DNA of 63,352 nt, the filler included, from Octopus bimaculoides (lineage: Eukaryota), in NCBI RefSeq assembly GCF_001194135.2. It is 7 parts of 6 records of this genome, joined end to end, with 100 filler letters (N's around TTAATTAATTAA, not from the genome) between each part and the next. Parts side by side here need not be neighbours in the genome. Positions count along the whole stretch, not along the records: positions 7,116 to 17,132 come from NC_069005.1; positions 17,233 to 21,061 come from NC_068990.1; positions 21,162 to 27,761 come from NC_069002.1; 4 more parts are not named here. One strand, 5' to 3'. The notes below the pieces were generated by a model. The model had not been told where the DNA came from, searched no databases, and saw nothing but the letters and a program-made list of their open reading frames with translations. The first letter of the stretch is position 1, and every line of letters starts with the position of its first letter. Position numbers and translations under genes: made by a program. This document shows, in pieces, positions 13,505 to 26,065 of this stretch.

Positions 13505-14351
13505 TCAAACGTTTCTGACTAACGTCGTCGTCCCTTTTTGTTGCACATTGCTGAACTAAAGAGTCTAAACGTAAACAATATTTTACCTTTCAATATATAC
13601 ATTCTACACAATAAACACGATGATTTTAACTTGTTCTTTCCGCATTGTATGCTATGTTTGATTACCCATTTTCCTCTCTCGTCTGCCGAAAAACTACCTT
13701 TTCACATTTCAATGACGTAATTTGTTTACATTTCTTCACCACGTCACCAGTTCTCGACATAGAGCGGATAATTTGACTAAATGTACCATAAAAATGCATA
13801 TACAATTCTATGTATTTCCAGCAAGTGTATAAAATATTACAAATAAACACATATACATACATTCATGTCCTGTAACTCCAAGCTTGTGTCATACGATATT
13901 TTGTAGTTTTATATAGAGCAATGCTATATTTTCATTTTAAGTTCGAACGTTTTCTAAACATTTTAACACTATTTCAAATGACTTCATTCTTGTGCGAAGC
14001 TTATTCAATTAGAAATCCCTTGTATTAAAATATTTTTTTGAACTACTGGAGTCTATCGAAATTCAATTGAATGGCTTGTAGGATAATCTGTTCCATTAAG
14101 CTGCATTCATTTCCACGGATGGTATAAAAAAAAAAACATATTTAACGATATATATGTATGAATTGAAAGTAAATCTTTGCATTTTTATTAAAGAACTAGT
14201 AAAGGTTGGAGTCAAACCTCAAATGGCAGCCTTTTATATATCAACTGTACTAATTCAACGTTACCATAACCAAGTACCACCAGGTATAAGAAAAGAAACT
14301 TCATATACTTCCATACAATTAATTTTCCGTCTATCCAGTTATCCATTCATC

Positions 14352-14391
<40 letters not shown>

Positions 14392-14630
14392 TAGCTTGTC
14401 TGTCTATCTATCCAACGAACCATCCATCTACCCGTCAATGTATCCTTGTATCTAGCCAACTGTCTATGTTCTGTCTATCTATCTTACTAGAAAGCTCTTT
14501 GTTTATTCTTCTACATTTAACTATCAACCTAGCTATTGAATTATGTACCAAACTACCCATTTACTTATCTAACCATTTTCTTACCTACCCATTTACCTAT
14601 CTATTTACCTCTCTAGCTACCTCTGCTCAC

Positions 14631-14673
<43 letters not shown>

Positions 14674-16093
14674 GTCTATCTACCTATCTATCTTTCTTCA
14701 TTCAATTCTTTATTTTACATTTACTTTAGTATAAAATCTTTGTCTATAATTTGGTTTGTGAAATGACTTAATTCTAATGGATGGTGAGTGTTAGGGGCTG
14801 TTGATGTTGTTGCTGCTCTTGTTCTTGTTGTGGTTATAAATAAGAAAAGTTAGTCTACTGTTATGATTTCTAGTGTTGGTGTCTGCTGAAGCATTGAAGA
14901 TATGAAGAAAAAACCGAAAGATTCTCCATCTTTTATAAGAAAATCACCAATAAATATGACNNNNNNNNNNNNNNNNNNNNNNNNNNNNNNNNNNNNNNNN
15001 NNNNNNNNNNNNNNNNNNNNNNNNNNNNNNNNNNNNNNNNNNNNNNNNNNNNNNNNNNNNNNNNNNNNNNNNNNNNNNNNNNNNNNNNNNNNNNNNNNNN
15101 NNNNNNNNNNNNNNNNNNNNNNNNNNNNNNNNNNNNNNNNNNNNNNNNNNNNNNNNNNNNNNNNNNNNNNNNNNNNNNNNNNNNNNNNNNNNNNNNNNNN
15201 NNNNNNNNNNNNNNNNNNNNNNNNNNNNNNNNNNNNNNNNNNNNNNNNNNNNNNNNNNNNNNNNNNNNNNNNNNNNNNNNNNNNNNNNNNNNNNNNNNNN
15301 NNNNNNNNNNNNNNNNNNNNNNNNNNNNNNNNNNNNNNNNNNNNNNNNNNNNNNNNNNNNNNNNNNNNNNNNNNNNNNNNNNNNNNNNNNNNNNNNNNNN
15401 NNNNNNNNNNNNNNNNNNNNNNNNNNNNNNNNNNNNNNNNNNNNNNNNNNNNNNNNNNNNNNNNNNNNNNNNNNNNNNNNNNNNNNNNNNNNNNNNNNNN
15501 NNNNNNNNNNNNNNNNNNNNNNNNNNNNNNNNNNNNNNNNNNNNNNNNNNNNNNNNNNNNNNNNNNNNNNNNNNNNNNNNNNNNNNNNNNNNNNNNNNNN
15601 NNNNNNNNNNNNNNNNNNNNNNNNNNNNNNNNNNNNNNNNNNNNNNNNNNNNNNNNNNNNNNNNNNNNNNNNNNNNNNNNNNNNNNNNNNNNNNNNNNNN
15701 NNNNNNNNNNNNNNNNNNNNNNNNNNNNNNNNNNNNNNNNNNNNNNNNNNNNNNNNNNNNNNNNNNNNNNNNNNNNNNNNNNNNNNNNNNNNNNNNNNNN
15801 NNNNNTATATATATATATATATATATATATATGCATAAGCATAGACAAATATTCCAATATATGCGTGTGTGTACGTATGTATATGTGTATTTACAAAGAT
15901 AACATTATAGACAAACGTCTTTCAAATTTCCCACAATATGGCGGAGTATTGAATAAAATTGATTAAACAAAAATGTTTAATTACTGCGTCGTTGAGACGC
16001 ATTTCACATTACTTATTGAATAAAATAACATAAACAAAATTTGTTTGTGATATACATTTGTTGTTGTTGTGATTATCTTACTTTACGTTATAA

Positions 16094-16130
<37 letters not shown>

Positions 16131-16499
16131 TCCTACTTTTATTATTATTAATATTATTATTATCATTATCATCGTTGTTGTTGTTGTTGCTATTATTATT
16201 ATTGTTATTATTATTATTATTATTATTGTTGTTATTATTATCATTAGCGTTGTTGTCGATGTTATGAGTGTTGCTGTCGTTAATCATGTTGCTGATGTTG
16301 CTACAGTTATTTCCTTTCTTACACACTCTTTATATGACAATGACATATGGTGTAAAACCTGCCAGCCGTGACAGTCCTCTCCGTTCCGTCCCAGTGATGG
16401 CCCTTCGTGGCAGTAAGGTATGTCATAAGGAAGAAACATGGAACGTTTCTAACAATTTGAGCGGCCAAAATAAAATCAAACTCTCCGAAATCCCCACTA

Positions 16500-17130
16500 A
16501 GTATGGGCGTGTGGTTAAGGAGTTCGTTTTTACAACGACTTTGTTTCAGTTTCAGTTCTACTGCGCGGCGCCTTGGGCAAGTGTCATCTACTTATTTCTT
16601 TATTGCCCTCAAGGGGGTAAACATAGAGGGGACAAACAAGGACGGACAAAGGGATTAAGTCGATTAGATCGATCCCAGTGCGTAACTGGTACTTAATTTA
16701 TCGACCCCGAAAGGATGAAAGGCAAAGTCGACCTCGGCAGAATTTGAACTCAGAACGTAACTTCAGACGAAATACCACTCAGCATTTCGCCCGGCGTGCT
16801 AACGTTTCTTATTTCTTTATTGCCCACTAAGGGCTAAACATAGAGGGGACAAACAAGGACAGACAAAGGGATTAAATCGATTAGATCGACCCGAGTGCGT
16901 AACTGGTACTTAATTTATCGACTCCGAAAGGATGAAAGGCAAAGTCGACCTCGGCGGAATTTGAACTCAGAACTAAACAGCAGACGAAATACCGCTAAGC
17001 ATTTCGCCCGACGTGCTAACGTTTCTGCCAGCTCATCGCCTTATGTGTCATCTACTATAGCCGCGGGCCTGACCAATGTCCGGTGAGTTATTTTGGTAGA
17101 AAGAAACTATGCGGGAGCCCGTCGAGTGTA
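16500..17130 (+). mobile_element. SINE family A copy split by a family D dimer
   Basis: ccttgggcaagtgtcatctact [insert] atagccgcgggcc.gaccaa...gtgag; the family A sequence resumes after the insert. Confidence 0.8.
16593..17044 (-). mobile_element. Head-to-tail dimer of SINE family D with 12-bp TSD
   Basis: Two tandem units; GTGTCATCTACT duplicated at 16581-16592 and 17045-17056. Confidence 0.88.
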
Positions 17131-17255
17131 CANNNNNNNNNNNNNNNNNNNNNNNNNNNNNNNNNNNNNNNNNNNNTTAATTAATTAANNNNNNNNNNNN
17201 NNNNNNNNNNNNNNNNNNNNNNNNNNNNNNNNCCACCACCACCACCACCACCACC

Positions 17256-17291
<36 letters not shown>

Positions 17292-17678
17292 GCTACTGCT
17301 ACTACTGCTACTGCTGCTGCTGCTGCTGCCGCTGCCGCCGTCGCCGCCACCACCGCACCATCAGTTTTACTGTTATAACCAGTTCTGAGTTTGTTTTAAA
17401 CGAGGTTATATTCATCTATCGAGTGTTCTGTGTGTCGAACAAAATACTCTTGTACTCTTTTACCTTATAAGCAAGCACTCTTGCTAAGAAGCACCCAGTT
17501 CCTTCCACTTCTCCCTGCCTTTACGACCACTGACCATGTCAGCATATTGAAAATACAGCTAAGATTTCTTTTTCAATTACCATCACACGTCTTTATTTGT
17601 AAATCTAAGCGCGAATGGCGTTAATTTCCACCTTTTAGTCAGTTAATTCTGGTTATCTTATAGCTATATTAAATTATT

Positions 17679-18060
17679 GGAGGCGCAATGGCCCAGTGGT
17701 TAGGGCAGTGGACTCGCGGTCATAGGATCGCGGTTTCGATTCCCAGACCGGGCATTGTGAGTGTTTATTGAGCGAAAACACATAAAAGCTCCACGAGGCT
17801 CCGGCAGGGGATGGTGGCAAACCCTGCTGTACTCTTTCACCACAACTTTCTCTCACTCTTACTTCCTGTTTCTGTTGTGCCTGTAATTCAAAGGGTTAGC
17901 CTTGTCACGCTGTGTCACGCTGAACATCCCCAAGAACTACGTTAAGGGTACACGTGTCTGTGGAGTGCTCAGCCACTTGCGCGTTAATTTCACGAGCAGG
18001 CTGTTCCGTTGATCGGACCAACAGGAACCCTCGACGTCGTAAGCGACGGAGTGCCAACAC
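17679..18060 (+). mobile_element. tRNA-derived SINE family B, full length with 11-bp TSD
   Basis: A box TGGCCCAGTGG, B box GTTTCGATTCC; ATATTAAATTA at 17666-17676 and 18061-18071; 3' half shared with 26511-26690. Confidence 0.88.
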
Positions 18061-18419
18061 ATATTAAATTAATTTCTCAATTAACTATCAATAAATTAGT
18101 AAAGTTTATTTGCCAACAGAATGTGGCAGAACCAAACAGGACGATGTTATTATTGTTCAGCCCCAGGAAAACATATTTTCCAGTTGGCTACCGGTACACA
18201 GTTTGTGTCCGTATAGTATGAGCAAGGGAGTTTATCACTCCCATCTCTAGCCTTTGTGATACTCACAGGCTTAGGTCTCTGGGTTGTTTTCCGTCACCGG
18301 TGCGAGATAATCACAGGCCAGTGATGGGGGCTAAATTGAGTTGCTCATGCTATATACTTTTTAAAGCAATACAAGGTCGCCGATCTCGCTTTAAAAAGTA
18401 TATAGTTTTTAGCTAAAAA

Positions 18420-18689
18420 TAGAAACCCCTTGGGTCAATGACCATGGGATTGCACCTAGAAAGTTACTCTCCGAGGCACCACTCCGGGCAAGGCTGTTTA
18501 TGGAAGACCAGCAGTCGCTCATGCATACTAGCCTCCCTTCTCCACGCCATTTCGACAGTTGAGTGAACTGGAGCAACGTGAAATAAAGTGTCTTGTTCAA
18601 GAACACAACACCCAGCTCGGTCCGGGAATCGAACTCACTACTTCATGATTGTGAGCCCGACGTTCTAACCACCGAGCTATGTGCCTTCA
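18420..18689 (-). mobile_element. tRNA-derived SINE, family C head with a different 3' tail
   Basis: Minus-strand head: tagctcggtggttagaacgtcgggctcacaatcatgaagtagtgagttcgattcccggacc...tgttgtgttcttgaacaagacactttatttcacgttgctccag, shared with 26690-26828. Confidence 0.8.
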
Positions 18690-19646
18690 CCCATTTTAGT
18701 TATCCCACGTGGATTTACGAAACAACTGCTGAAGCAAAATACAGTGGTCAACACAGTTGTTCCAAAGGCGAGAGCTACCTTCGGGGTGAAGGCCACCAGG
18801 TTGGCCGTGACGGCAGCCGAGATTGCCTGATTGCCTGATTGCCTCACAAAGTACCTGCGGATCAGGTGGCTCGAGCCCAGGAAGGAGGCGTGCTAACTGG
18901 AAACAAAATGAGGTTTCATCGACCCCGACGGGGTCAACAAGGTGAGAAGTAAACGCCTGAAACAGAACTAATATTAATAAAGGAAATATGAACTACATAT
19001 CAAAACAGTCTTCAATTACACTGGAAAAAATGTATTTTATCGTATATAACAGAAACTCTCCAATATCTACAAATACACTTTGGAGTACTGAAATATGCGG
19101 ATGTGATTCGTGAGGACACAGCTTGGATCATAACCCTATCAACATACTATATACTTATATATTTAGATAAGTTTCCGCCAGGATTGGACCAGGCCATGGT
19201 TAACTTAAGAGCACCACCTGGAAAAGCTATTTAATGATGTTTCATATTGCAGTCAGTCTTCGTGCACTATAGCCCATTCGAGTACAGAGTATTTGTTTGC
19301 AGAGATACATCCGGGAGTCGGTAGTTTATCTGGCAGTTGATTTGCTCAGGAACTGTTTGAATATTATGAGATTATTTTTCTCCTCTTATGTGTCTTGGCA
19401 TGATGTCAAGGAGTGCAGGACCATTTGAAATGAAATACTTCTGTCTTAGTGTTTGTGATTTGATGTGAACATGAATTTTGTAGAGGACAGAGCTTAACAA
19501 TTATTTCCAGGACTTCAATAGAGGCGGCAGAGTTAACTCTAAGGCCATGTAGAAAGAAGTAAGGAAGCATCACATATTCTTCATTGCTGACAACCCCTAA
19601 AATGGTGACAGTTTCAGGAAATTTTGGAACCTACACGTCGAAACAA

Positions 19647-20415
19647 AACTCCGGGAGAAAACCAAAACTTTCAGATAGGGACCGTCGGACTCTTACATGA
19701 ATTGATATAAAGGTTCACAAAAGTACAGCTCTCAAAATTACTGCAGAGCTTAATGACCACGTCGAGAACCTAGTTTCCACAAAAAACTATTCGCCGAGAG
19801 CTGCACATATCTGGATTTCAGGGGAGGGCTGCAATCAGAAAACCAATACTTTCAAAAAGAAACGTTGCAAAGCGTTTAGAGTGGAGTAAAAACCTACAGA
19901 ATTGGTCCCTAGGGCAGTGGAAGAATGTTATTTTCTCGTACGAGTCATCTTTTACCTTATTTCCGACCACCGGCCGCGTATACGTGTGGAGACAGCCAAA
20001 GGAAGCATTTGACCCAGACTGCCTTCTTCCAACTGTTAAACATGGAGAAGGATCAGCATTTATCTGATGAAATTCATCCTATGGGTGTGGAACTGTTTCC
20101 GGAGGGAATCTTTCAGGATGATAATGCACCAATTCACTCAGCTAAAGTTGTTACTGAATGGTACGAGGAACATGCTAGTGAAGTTGAACATCCTATCTGG
20201 CCACCACAGTCCCAAGATCTCAATATTATCGAACATTTAAGTACCCTTACTGCATTTTAGAAAAACAAGCAAGGAGCCGATATCCTCCACCATCATTACT
20301 ACAAGAACTAGAGACTGTTTTAGATGAAGAATGGACAAACATTCCCTTGGAAACAATTGAAACTTTCTACAAATGCATACCTCGTAGAATTCAAGCTGTA
20401 TTTACCGCCAATTAG
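19647..20415 (+). pseudogene. Tc1-family DD34E transposase remnant with frameshifts and a central deletion
   Basis: SGRKPKLSDRDRR, KTIRRELH..G..GRAAIRKP, WKNVIFS(Y)[48 protein letters not shown]. First catalytic Asp reads Tyr. TIRs not located. Confidence 0.9.
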
Positions 20416-20541
20416 AATATAAAAATAAATTTGTATATATATATATATATATATACACACACATATATATATACATATGTATATATATATGTATATATAT
20501 GTATACATATATGTATCTATATATATGTATATATACATATA

Positions 20542-20609
<68 letters not shown>

Positions 20610-20744
20610 TATCTATGTATATGTGTGTGAGTGTGAGTGTGTGCATGTGTGTGTGTGTGTGTGTGCGTGTATTGTTGTATTTCTTTCGTCACACATCTGT
20701 GACCTCTTCAGTGACACTTTACCTTTCCGTGTGTCTACTTGCTG

Positions 20745-20773
20745 CACTTACTCCATTCTGAATGGAGTAAGTG
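20745..20773. repeat. 29-bp perfect palindrome (14-bp arms) with a partial direct copy at 20787-20802
   Basis: CACTTACTCCATTC-T-GAATGGAGTAAGTG. Confidence 0.9.
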
Positions 20774-20807
20774 GAGCGAGAACACACATTCTGAATGGAG
20801 TATATAT

Positions 20808-20838
<31 letters not shown>

Positions 20839-21329
20839 TGTGTTTCAGCCAAGTGGCTGCGGTCATGCTGGTGCACCACCGTGATTTTCACGTTCCTTGC
20901 ATGGCTCTTCTCCCCCACCTGACATAGTCCAATCAAGAGTTTTGATGGCACATCTGGTGTATAAGAGAATTTGACATAGCTGCCCTAAACTGCGTCTCAT
21001 TACGAGCCATTGGTTCGTCTGGTATCGTGGAGAGGAAAGCGTCAAGTTTTGTCTTGAAGACNNNNNNNNNNNNNNNNNNNNNNNNNNNNNNNNNNNNNNN
21101 NNNNNTTAATTAATTAANNNNNNNNNNNNNNNNNNNNNNNNNNNNNNNNNNNNNNNNNNNNGTGGTAGTTTTGGTGGTGGTGGTGGTGGTGGTGGTGGTG
21201 GTGGTGATGGTGGTGGTGGTGGTGATGTAGATGAAGATGATGATGATGAGGAGGATGATGGTAATGATGGTAATGATGATGATGATGATGATGATGAAGA
21301 CGACGACGTCGACAATGATGATGATGATG

Positions 21330-21754
21330 TTACTTTGATGGCAAATATTCTGCTCAATACCACAGATTTGCTTGTCAGTTGTTTGACCTTAACCAGTTGA
21401 GCTTTTCCCTTGGTGGCTGACGATATGTGCATCTCTGATCACGAGCAGAAGTAGTGAGGGAGCATCATAGCCGTGTGTTGAGAGGAATTATTTGGGATTT
21501 GGATAATTCACCTTTGGAAACACGGGTGTTTTGCTCAACATCCTTAAAAAAACCTTATTCAGGGACCTTTTGAGCGGGATGGGCTACTCAACCTGAAGAA
21601 AATTCTAACTGGGCCCTGTCACGCATGTCACGCACATATGGTTGTGATGCATGTGCCTGGTGTACCCTTATCACACGAGTAGTCATGATGAGTATAATGG
21701 ATTTGTATATTTTACTCCAGTGTCACTTTGATGGCATGCCCTGCTCTCTCACTC

Positions 21755-21768
<14 letters not shown>
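21330..21768 (+). mobile_element. SINE-like family E element ending in (TAA)n
   Basis: 3' part (ccttattca.ggaccttttgagc.gga.ggg.tactc.acctgaagaaaatt...catgtgcctggtgtacccttatca...gtgtcact.tgatggcatgc) is shared with 35641-35888. Both end in (AAT)n. Confidence 0.75.
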
Positions 21769-21785
<17 letters not shown>

Positions 21786-21795
21786 NNNNNNNNNN

Positions 21796-21870
<75 letters not shown>

Positions 21871-22580
21871 TATATCGTTATTAACCACGAAAGGTTTATA
21901 AAAGAATCGAAGACGTTATACGACGATAAAATGTGGGACAACATGAAAGAGAGTGTAAACAGAAAATAACTGTTACAGTAAGTTTTCATAATAAATAAAA
22001 TCCCCTTAAAAGAGACACAGAGCCTTCAAAGGAAACACCACAAGACCAGGCTTACCATAACTAATAAAGCAAGTGTCTTATCTCTGTTGTTCTCTTCCTG
22101 TCTACAGACTTTTGTTTAGAGAAGGTCTATTCTGTCGGACCAAGCACACCACTTTCATCCACATTCTAGCTAAATTTGCTGTAATACAGCACCTCTCTCT
22201 CTCTCTCTATTTTCACTTTCAAAGGAAACTTGAGAAATTTCGTGAGTCCTTGACCAACCAGGAAGGTGTCTGTCTTCATGCCTTTCAACTTGGTCTGCTA
22301 CACAACATCGTTCGGCCATCAGACAGATGAAAACTACCTGTCTTTAGGAACAGTTCATAATGGACTCAGCTGATAGCCGGATCCGTCCTACATGTGACAG
22401 CACCTATTCGGCATCATACATACATATATACATACATACATACATACATACATACATGCATGCATGCATGCACGCATGTATGTATATATAGATATAATTT
22501 TGTCTCCAATCATTCGCCATGTTGGACCACTGAACTCAACACGGTTTCTTTTCATTCTCTCTCTTTTTATTTCTTCTTAT

Positions 22581-22710
22581 TCCTTTCTGTCGCAGAGCGT
22601 AGGCTCGAAACGTAAAAGACTTTTCCATTTCTCCAAAGCGTCAAATTAATACACTTGCTTATTGTTCCTTTGCCTGTCTTCGTCCTTGTTTTTCTATAAA
22701 TTTGGACTAC
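22581..22710 (+). mobile_element. Penelope-like terminal-repeat remnant with hammerhead-like motif (copy 1)
   Basis: tcctttctgtcgcagagcgtaggctcgaaacgtaaaagac...aatacac...cctgtcttcg, homologous to 52466-52600. Confidence 0.6.
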
Positions 22711-22859
22711 ATATATGTATATACACATATGCATAAATATTTATACCTGTGTGTATGTAAAAATATCTACGTACGTGTGCTTGTGTGTATAAATATATAT
22801 ATTGATAGAAAGATAGATAGATAGATAGATCGATAGATAGATAGATAGATAGATAGATC

Positions 22860-22893
<34 letters not shown>

Positions 22894-23082
22894 CAGACAT
22901 ATGTAGTTATACATGTATGTACAGATATACATATGTATTTATACATGTATGTAAACACGTATGTATGTATATCTGTTTGTATGTGTGTATGTATGTTTCT
23001 ATACCTACACATATGTATATATACATGTATGTATATACACATGTCTATATATATATATATATATACATACATACGTATATAT

Positions 23083-23205
<123 letters not shown>

Positions 23206-25146
23206 TGAATGTTTGTAAACACTGAACAACCGTTCAATACTGTTTCTTTCTCCTTTGGTCTCTAATTTAATTAAACTTTACAAATATTGTCTTTGGTCAA
23301 ATTTAGCTATTTTTTAACGTGTGCACTTGCGTACGTACACATGCACACACACGCACACACACACTCGCACACACACTCACACACTCACACATACGACGCA
23401 GACAGACTCGAACGCACACTTATGTCGGCTTTGAGATCGATAAACTGTCTCTTGACAAGGAAACAGATATGGATACGTATCAATATGTGTGTGTCTGTGT
23501 GAGTGTCTGTATGTGTCTGTGTATATGTGTATGTATGCATGAATGTATGTATGTGTATGTGCATATGTTTAACTATATGAGTGCATGTATGTGATGTATG
23601 TATGTACGAATGTGTGTATGCCTGTATGTATAAACGGGTGTTGATATGTAAGTATATATATGTACATACATGTGTAAATACATATGTATAACAATGCATA
23701 CACATATAGATACGTAAGTATATTTATGCAAACATATATATATATACATATGCACTCGTGCGTGCGTGTGTGTTTGTGTATGTGTGTGTGTTTTGGGGTA
23801 GATAGGTATGTGTATATGTCGGTAAGTTTTCAGGCGGACACAGAAAGAGACATAGATTGCCAAACAGACAAAAAAATAAAATAAAATAAAAAATACAGAC
23901 ATAATATGTTCATCAAAGAAGCCAACCTAATAAATATCAAATTTGAAATGTCATAAAGTATTTTTTATGATATTTAATAAGAAATACGCTTGATATCTAT
24001 GATCTCACATAACACCTTTTGATAACACTTAATATCAACTTTACCACATAATATAATAATACAAAAGTCATATGTATGTATGTATGTATGTATATGTGTG
24101 TGTGTATGTATGTATGAACGTACACATACATATATATATATATACATATATATATGCATATATATATATATACACGCACATAGAATACGAAAGAGGGAGA
24201 GAAAAAGAAAGAGAGAGAGAGAGAGCAATAAGGTGTGAGTGCATTCGAATACAATACGCATTTCCAGTTGATTTAACTTCTAATTTCTTGAGTAGATATA
24301 CGATTCCACGTGACACGAGATAGATTTTTATGTCATTTCTGTATTTCACGCCTGATAGATATATTGATCATAATGATTGTTCATACTTAAATGGAGTCAG
24401 TTTTTGAAAAAAAAAAATGAAAAAAGAAAAAGATTATTAAATTGAGACTGAAACGCATATACGTCTATAGACTTGAAAACAAATATACACGCACAATTCA
24501 AGAGAAGCCCATATACTACGTTGTACGCAGAATTACTCCACATATATACAGAGAGAAATGCCTTCGAATAGGCAGATAAACAGAGGGGTATGATAAACAG
24601 ATAGACAAAGGGAGATAATTATGAGCTTACTTCTTTAACGCGTCGTCAGTGAATATCAAGGAAAGGACGTGTTACAGGTTTAGTTATATTTTATATTCAC
24701 GGTTGCCAGTTAGTCGGTGATGTATAACAGCTGAAACGTCTGAATATCTCTACTTAGCAATCTACGCAGAAATGTCTTTACAAATGAAATAAAATTACTT
24801 CCGGCCAAAAGTTAAGAAATTATTTGTTTTTAATTCCATTGTAAAACTCTACTTGTATATTATAGTTTAATAATACTGTTCATATCTGTGGATAAATTTT
24901 ACAATTGATGATATCACCAGCAGTGACATGGGTGGATCGCAGACGCAATAGCATTAAATAGCTACGAATTATAAATTTGCACGAAGCGTAATGATGCTTA
25001 ACAAGCATCTACCTGCTAGAAATAAGAGCCTTAAGTCTAGTCCACCGTATTGCACCAAGATAACAGAGAAAAACAGTATGCGAGGAAAACAGAAAGACTT
25101 AAAACATTTAACAACACAAAATAAAAATATTATGCAATTAAGATAT

Positions 25147-25201
25147 CCACAAACCAGGTTTCGGTTTTTTGGTATTTAAACCCTGAGCCTCATCAGTGGG
25201 G
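25147..25201 (-). ncRNA. Hammerhead-like motif with both core strands intact
   Basis: Minus strand CCCCA-CTGATGA-GG(...)CC-GAAAC-CTG-GTT-TGTGG: G10.1-C11.1 pair, near-palindromic stem III ACC-U-GGU, GUU triplet, stem I 4/5 paired. Confidence 0.55.
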
Positions 25202-25251
25202 CCTACCGGGGTAATACATATATACATACGTGCTTGCATAAATACATGAGT

Positions 25252-25400
25252 GTGTCTTTGTGTGCATGTGTCTAACCACTGCTTCACAACCGGTGTTGGT
25301 GTGTTTAAGTCCCCGTAACATAGCGGTTCTGCATAAGAAACCGATAGAATAAGTACGTGGCTAAATAAATAGAAAGTACTGGAGTCGATTCAATCAAATA
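25252..25400 (+). mobile_element. SINE family A 3' fragment
   Basis: acaaccggtgttggtgtgtttaagtccccgtaacatagcggttc...accgatagaataagtac...ctggagtcgatt. Confidence 0.75.
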
Positions 25401-25691
25401 TAAATTCTTGGAGGCGATCAACAACATCTGTGATCACAATTCTCATTTGTCTGATGTGACGTACGTGACAAAGCGTTTTCCCGCTAAAGACAACGTTATG
25501 TACATCTGGAAGAATGTGTCACAATATCGATATATGTTGGGAAATGAACCATTTCAACATACCTGTACAGGTGTATAGGGATTTGGGGGTAGGAGGGGCA
25601 TTGTATAAATTTTTGTAAACCTGTTTTCGCTTCACTTTCATCAATATAACCCTGTAACTAGCGTATCTGGTCCAACGAGAACGCCTTAACT

Positions 25692-25760
25692 CGGTAGTTC
25701 TCAACCAGGAGGGTCTATATGACACTTAGGGGTCCACATAAAATTTTGCTGTTAAAATTT
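25692..25760 (+). mobile_element. Possible hAT-type MITE left end
   Basis: CGGTAGTTCTCAACC resembles the CAGTGGTTCTCAACC hAT/Charlie-type TIR. No matching right end found. Confidence 0.3.
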
Positions 25761-25957
25761 GAAGCTTACTTCCAACGCACATGGTCCCAGGTTCAGTCCC
25801 ACTGCCAAATACCTTGGGAAAGTGTCTTCTATTATATTATAACCACGGGCCGACCAAAGCCTTGTAGGTGGATTAGAGAGACAGAAACTGAAAGAATCCC
25901 GTCGTATATATTTAAATATATATATACATATACATACATATATATACATATACATAC

Positions 25958-26025
<68 letters not shown>

Positions 26026-26030
26026 ATATA

Positions 26031-26065
<35 letters not shown>

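Noticed and set aside
13440-13520. GTTGTCTGAC repeats as a CRISPR-like array or hammerhead
   Set aside because: Units are 10 bp without unique spacers, in a eukaryotic context; the hammerhead reading needs several core edits.
17679-17755. tRNA gene (also 18610-18689, 26770-26828, 51901-51972)
   Set aside because: A/B boxes are present but acceptor and anticodon stems do not close and each continues into a repeat body, so these are SINE heads.
18697-18950. GC-rich stretch that would be open if a GATTGCCT triplication were removed
   Set aside because: No recognisable domain, and it needs editing to be open; probably an unclassified repeat fragment.
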